A DNA stretch of 64,000 nucleotides from Candidatus Amesbacteria bacterium (GTDB taxonomy: Bacteria > Patescibacteriota > Microgenomatia > CAZETR01 > Amesbacteraceae): NCBI GenBank assembly GCA_027371535.1, contig DAHXMV010000002.1:3494-67493 (forward strand), written 5' to 3'. The notes beneath the pieces were generated by a model. The model saw nothing but the letters and a program-made list of their open reading frames with translations, had not been told where the DNA came from and ran no database searches. Position numbers and translations under genes: made by a program. Numbering within the stretch: position 1 is the first letter of the stretch; every line of letters begins with the position of its first letter. This document shows positions 60,569-64,000 of the stretch, in pieces.

Positions 60569-61420
60569 ATGATACTGATTCCGGAAAAATGGATTGATTA
60601 TGAGTTAACAGATTCCGGTGAGGAGCAAAAACTGGAAAGATGGGGACAATTTACTACCATAAGACCGGAGCCGAGGGCGATCTGGAAAAAAAGCGAGCCC
60701 AAATTGTGGGGGCAGGCACAGGGAATATTTAATGAAGACTGGCAATTTAAGACTCCCCCGCCCCGACCCTGGCAGATAGCTTATGACAAAATAAAATTTG
60801 TTCTTAAACCGACCGAATTCAAACATACGGGAGTTTTTCCGGAACAAGCAGTAAATTGGCTATGGATAGCCAATAAAATCACAAATTGCAAATCACAGGT
60901 TCCGAATCCGAAAATATTAAATTTGTTTGCGTATACGGGGGGGGCAACGATGGCGGCAGCATTGGCAGGTGCCCCGGTGACACATGTGGATGCGTCACGC
61001 CCCGCGATGATGTGGGCGTCTGAAAATGCCAAATTGTCCGGAATAGCGAAAGACAAAATCAGATGGATACAGGATGATGCCTTGAAGTTCATTAACCGGG
61101 AAATCAAGAGAGGCCAAAAATACGAGGCTATAATCATGGATCCGCCGAGATTCGGAAGAGGGATGAAGGGGGAAGTGTGGAAGCTTTTAGATAATCTGCC
61201 GGAGTTGGTTTATGCCTGTAAACAGGTACTTTCAGATAATCCCATGTTTTGGCTTGTGAATGCTTATACAGCGGATATGTCGAGTGTGGTTTTAGAAAAT
61301 TTACTCTCCGGAGTAACCGGCGATTTGGGCGGAATCGTAGAGGCAGGGGAACTGGGATTAAAAGAGACGGCAGGAGGAAGGATTTTACCGGCCGGGTTAT
61401 TTGCCAGGTGGAGCAAATAA
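60569..61420 (+). CDS. Class I SAM-dependent methyltransferase (RlmI/K-related)
   Basis: FKHTGVFPEQA, LNLFAYTGG, HVDAS, MDPP.FGRG; TATAAT-N6-ATG. Confidence 0.9.
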   Translation: MILIPEKWIDYELTDSGEEQKLERWGQFTTIRPEPRAIWKKSEPKLWGQAQGIFNEDWQFKTPPPRPWQIAYDKIKFVLKPTEFKHTGVFPEQAVNWLWIANKITNCKSQVPNPKILNLFAYTGGATMAAALAGAPVTHVDASRPAMMWASENAKLSGIAKDKIRWIQDDALKFINREIKRGQKYEAIIMDPPRFGRGMKGEVWKLLDNLPELVYACKQVLSDNPMFWLVNAYTADMSSVVLENLLSGVTGDLGGIVEAGELGLKETAGGRILPAGLFARWSK

Positions 61421-61429
61421 AAATTTCTT

Positions 61430-61742
61430 ATGAATCAAAATTTGAAGAGATTACCGGAAACTGACCGGGAGTTTTCAAAGCTATCCAAAAAAAGGTGCCA
61501 CAGAGGCGTTTAAAAATTACCTAGTAACAGATTCCGTTCAATTGCCACAGGAAGCAATGCTAATATATACCGCTGAAAATATCTGCAAGGCCATGGCGAT
61601 GAGTCCGGGAGAAAATTTGGTTTGGGTTTCAGAGGACGGAATGATTTCCAAATCCGGGGAAATGGGATTTACGCGGGGATTCTATAAAGCGCTAGCAGGA
61701 GAAAAAATATTATTTAAAGGTATGGGAAATACTAACAAATAG
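61430..61742 (+). pseudogene. Frameshifted, truncated NTF2/DUF4440-like gene
   Basis: ETDREFSKLS / KGATEAF..Y...L.W....S.SGEMGFT.G.Y joined across an A7 run at 61487-61493. Confidence 0.55.
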
Positions 61743-62211
61743 GGATAATTTCAGCGGAAGTAAGTTTAATGAGGGTTTGGGGTGAGACGCCAAATAGAGT
61801 GTGGGGGTGGCCGGCGGCGGCATAAATGACATCATAATGCATTAAATCCCGGTCGATCATGGTCCGGAGAGGGGCTTTGTGACCGACAGGAGGAACTCCC
61901 CCAACGGCAAAACCGGTCTTTTCCAAAACGTAATCGGGGGCGGCGGTTTTAATTTTGGCATGCAGATACTCACCTACTTTAGTTTTATCCACCCGGTTAT
62001 TACCACTGGCGATTATTAAAACCGGCCCTTTGGTGACGACGTCATAAAAGACAAGTGATTTGGCAATCTGACCCAACCCACAACCTAAGGCGGCAGCCGC
62101 GTCGGCAGCAGTAGCAGTGGATGCAGTCAGTAGTCTGACGTCGGGTTTCAGATCATGGTTTTCCAGCCAGGATTTGACTATTTGGGCCTCGTGAGGCAGG
62201 TTTGCAGACAT
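61732..62211 (-). CDS. YbaK/EbsC aminoacyl-tRNA deacylase family
   Basis: TA.DAA.ALG...QIAKSL, TGF.VGGVPP.GH, AAAG.P. Confidence 0.93.
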   Translation of the reverse strand: MSANLPHEAQIVKSWLENHDLKPDVRLLTASTATAADAAAALGCGLGQIAKSLVFYDVVTKGPVLIIASGNNRVDKTKVGEYLHAKIKTAAPDYVLEKTGFAVGGVPPVGHKAPLRTMIDRDLMHYDVIYAAAGHPHTLFGVSPQTLIKLTSAEIIPIC

Positions 62212-62276
62212 AAAAGGGATTATATGATAAAATCTATTAATTGTTTTCTTGTTCTCTTTGATGGGGGTGACTTAAC

Positions 62277-62537
62277 ATTAACAACAAAAAACTTTTCGTC
62301 GGGAATTTAAATTGGGCAGTCACCTCTGACATGCTGAAGCAGGCATTTGCCAAAGCAGGAACTGTGGTAGACGCAGTTGTCCTTTCTGATCGAGTTACCG
62401 GCCGGAGCAAAGGATTCGGATTCGTCGAGATGGGATCTGAAGATGAAGCAAATAAAGCTATTCAAATGTTCCATGAGCAGGACTTCGAAGGAAGAAAGAT
62501 GACGGTAAACGTAGCCAGACCAAAACCAGAGAAGTAA
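62277..62537 (+). CDS. RRM RNA-binding protein, probable ATT start
   Basis: RNP2 KLFVGNL lies upstream of the first ATG; RNP1 KGFGFVEM; in-frame TGA at 62268; SD GGGGGTGA 6 nt before the ATT. Confidence 0.85.
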   Translation: MNNKKLFVGNLNWAVTSDMLKQAFAKAGTVVDAVVLSDRVTGRSKGFGFVEMGSEDEANKAIQMFHEQDFEGRKMTVNVARPKPEK

Positions 62538-62564
62538 ACTCTTTTTGGAATATACGTTTCTTAA

Positions 62565-62591
62565 GAAATCCGGGCTTATGACCCGGATTTC
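62565..62591 (+). terminator. Stem-loop after the RRM gene
   Basis: GAAATCCGGG-CTTATGA-CCCGGATTTC. Confidence 0.65.
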
Positions 62592-62623
62592 CGGTTTGAA
62601 AAGGTGTGTTTTATAATGACACC

Positions 62624-63148
62624 ATGAAGGTTGTTATGTGGATGGCGATGTCTTTAAACGGGATGATTGCGGGTATAGATAACAATGAGGATTTCATATC
62701 TCATGACTCATGGCTGGAATGGTTGAAATGGGTTAAAAAGAGCGGATGCCTGGTATGGGGGCGAAAAACTTATGAAATAGTAAAAACGTGGGATAAACGA
62801 TATTTTGAAGATATTAAAGGAGTGCGGGCGGTAATTGTTTCCAAAAATAAGGACTTTCAAGTTAAAAGCGGCTTTGTTTTGGTTAGCTCTCCAAAAGAAG
62901 CTTTTGAATATCTAAGTCGAGAGGGTTTTGAAACCGTGGTTGTAACGGGAGGTTCGGAAAATAATAGCTCTTTTGCCAAAGCAGGTTTAATCGACGAGGT
63001 CGTTCTGAATATTGAACCGGTGTTGGTCGGCCAGGGCATACCCCTATTAAAACCTTCTGATATTGAACAAAGGCTTAAATTGCAGGATGTAATAAAGATT
63101 ACTCCTCAACTTATACAATTGCACTATGAGGTGCTTAAGGAAATATAA
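62624..63148 (+). CDS. Dihydrofolate reductase/RibD-C family protein
   Basis: AMSLNG.IA, GRKTYE, GGS, GLIDE....P...G.G.PL; TATAAT-N6-ATG. Confidence 0.9.
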   Translation: MKVVMWMAMSLNGMIAGIDNNEDFISHDSWLEWLKWVKKSGCLVWGRKTYEIVKTWDKRYFEDIKGVRAVIVSKNKDFQVKSGFVLVSSPKEAFEYLSREGFETVVVTGGSENNSSFAKAGLIDEVVLNIEPVLVGQGIPLLKPSDIEQRLKLQDVIKITPQLIQLHYEVLKEI

Positions 63149-63222
63149 ATTAAGTGTGAATCAATTTCTGCAACCAGGGGTACAATTTTTTTCAGGATGG
63201 GATCGTCTTCGGAAGACATGTT

Positions 63223-64000
63223 TTAGCTGACGACTTTGCCTTCTTCGGGCTCGTCAGGTTTCTTGGGCTCTTCAGCCGGAGGTTGCTGGGGTTCGGGACC
63301 GGACTGCTGGTACATTGAACTGCCTAATTTTTGCAGGGAATCCATGAGGTCTTTGGATTTGGCTTCCAGATCCTCCTTGGTACCGGTGTCCAGGACAGCT
63401 TTTAAAGCGGCCATTTTGTCTTCGACTTCTTTTTTCAAATCTACCGGGGCTTTGTCGCCGGCGTCTTTTAAGGTTTTCTCGGCAGTAAAGATGACCGAAT
63501 CGGCCTGATTCCGGGTTTCTATCTTTGCCTTCTTCTCGGCGTCTTCGGTGGCAAACTTATCGGCTTCCGCTTTCATCCGGTCAACTTCTTTCTGGTCCAG
63601 GTTGGTGGAGTTGGTGATAGTAATATGCTGGACTTTGTTGGTAGCCTTGTCATGGGCCGTAACTTTCAAAATGCCGGAGGCATCGATATCAAAAGCGACC
63701 TCGACCTGCGGAATACCGCGGGGGGCGGGAGGAATACCGTCTAAAATAAACCGGCCCAGAGTTTTATTGTCTGCAGCCATCGGGCGTTCGCCCTGAAGCA
63801 CGTGAATTTCAACGGAGGTCTGGCTGTCCGCAGCGGTACTGAAGACCTGAGACTTGCTGGTGGGAATAGTAGTATTCCGTTCGATCAGGGGGGTCATGAC
63901 AGAGCCGTAAGTTTCCACACCGAGGGTCAGCGGGGTGACATCCAACAGGACGATATCTTTGACGTCACCGGTCAAAACACCACCCTGAATTGCCGCTCCG
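63223..64000 (-). CDS. dnaK: Chaperone DnaK, 3' part (runs off the window)
   Basis: [29 protein letters not shown]. Confidence 0.98.
   Translation of the reverse strand, partial: GAAIQGGVLTGDVKDIVLLDVTPLTLGVETYGSVMTPLIERNTTIPTSKSQVFSTAADSQTSVEIHVLQGERPMAADNKTLGRFILDGIPPAPRGIPQVEVAFDIDASGILKVTAHDKATNKVQHITITNSTNLDQKEVDRMKAEADKFATEDAEKKAKIETRNQADSVIFTAEKTLKDAGDKAPVDLKKEVEDKMAALKAVLDTGTKEDLEAKSKDLMDSLQKLGSSMYQQSGPEPQQPPAEEPKKPDEPEEGKVVS

Overview
A 64-kb housekeeping segment of a bacterial chromosome (genetic code 11). It looks like Patescibacteria/CPR of the Microgenomates type: no rpmD, short AlaRS and IF2, few Shine-Dalgarno sites, and CPR-typical envelope genes. It holds most of the ribosomal superoperon, split in two. 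rpoB-rpoC-rpsL-rpsG joins directly to rpsD-rpoA-rplQ-rplM-rpsI on the minus strand. The missing middle (fusA, tuf, S10-spc, infA-rpmJ-rpsM-rpsK) lies inverted on the plus strand between dnaK and dnaJ. Other genes include mltG, ruvX, a sortase, alaS, ftsK/rodZ, rnj, pnp, rpsO, infB and nusA, plus small accessory genes and three apparent pseudogenes. No rRNA, tRNA, CRISPR array or transposase was seen. Most notable: (1) an RNA polymerase whose near-universal trigger-loop motif MRTFH reads LHGKR, with a divergent bridge helix and rifampicin pocket; (2) pervasive leaderless TANNNT-N6/7-ATG promoters, including bidirectional -10 boxes in 17-24 bp gaps; (3) dispersed degenerate 7- and 8-mer microrepeats written into ribosomal and other core proteins; (4) an 87-bp palindromic insertion with a 10-bp duplication at the infA-rpmJ junction; (5) an RRM gene that apparently starts at ATT behind the clearest SD seen; (6) a protease-less Lon ATPase and an FtsA-like/baseplate-J-like membrane protein coupled to a sortase. 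All family assignments come from recognising motifs by eye; no searches were run.
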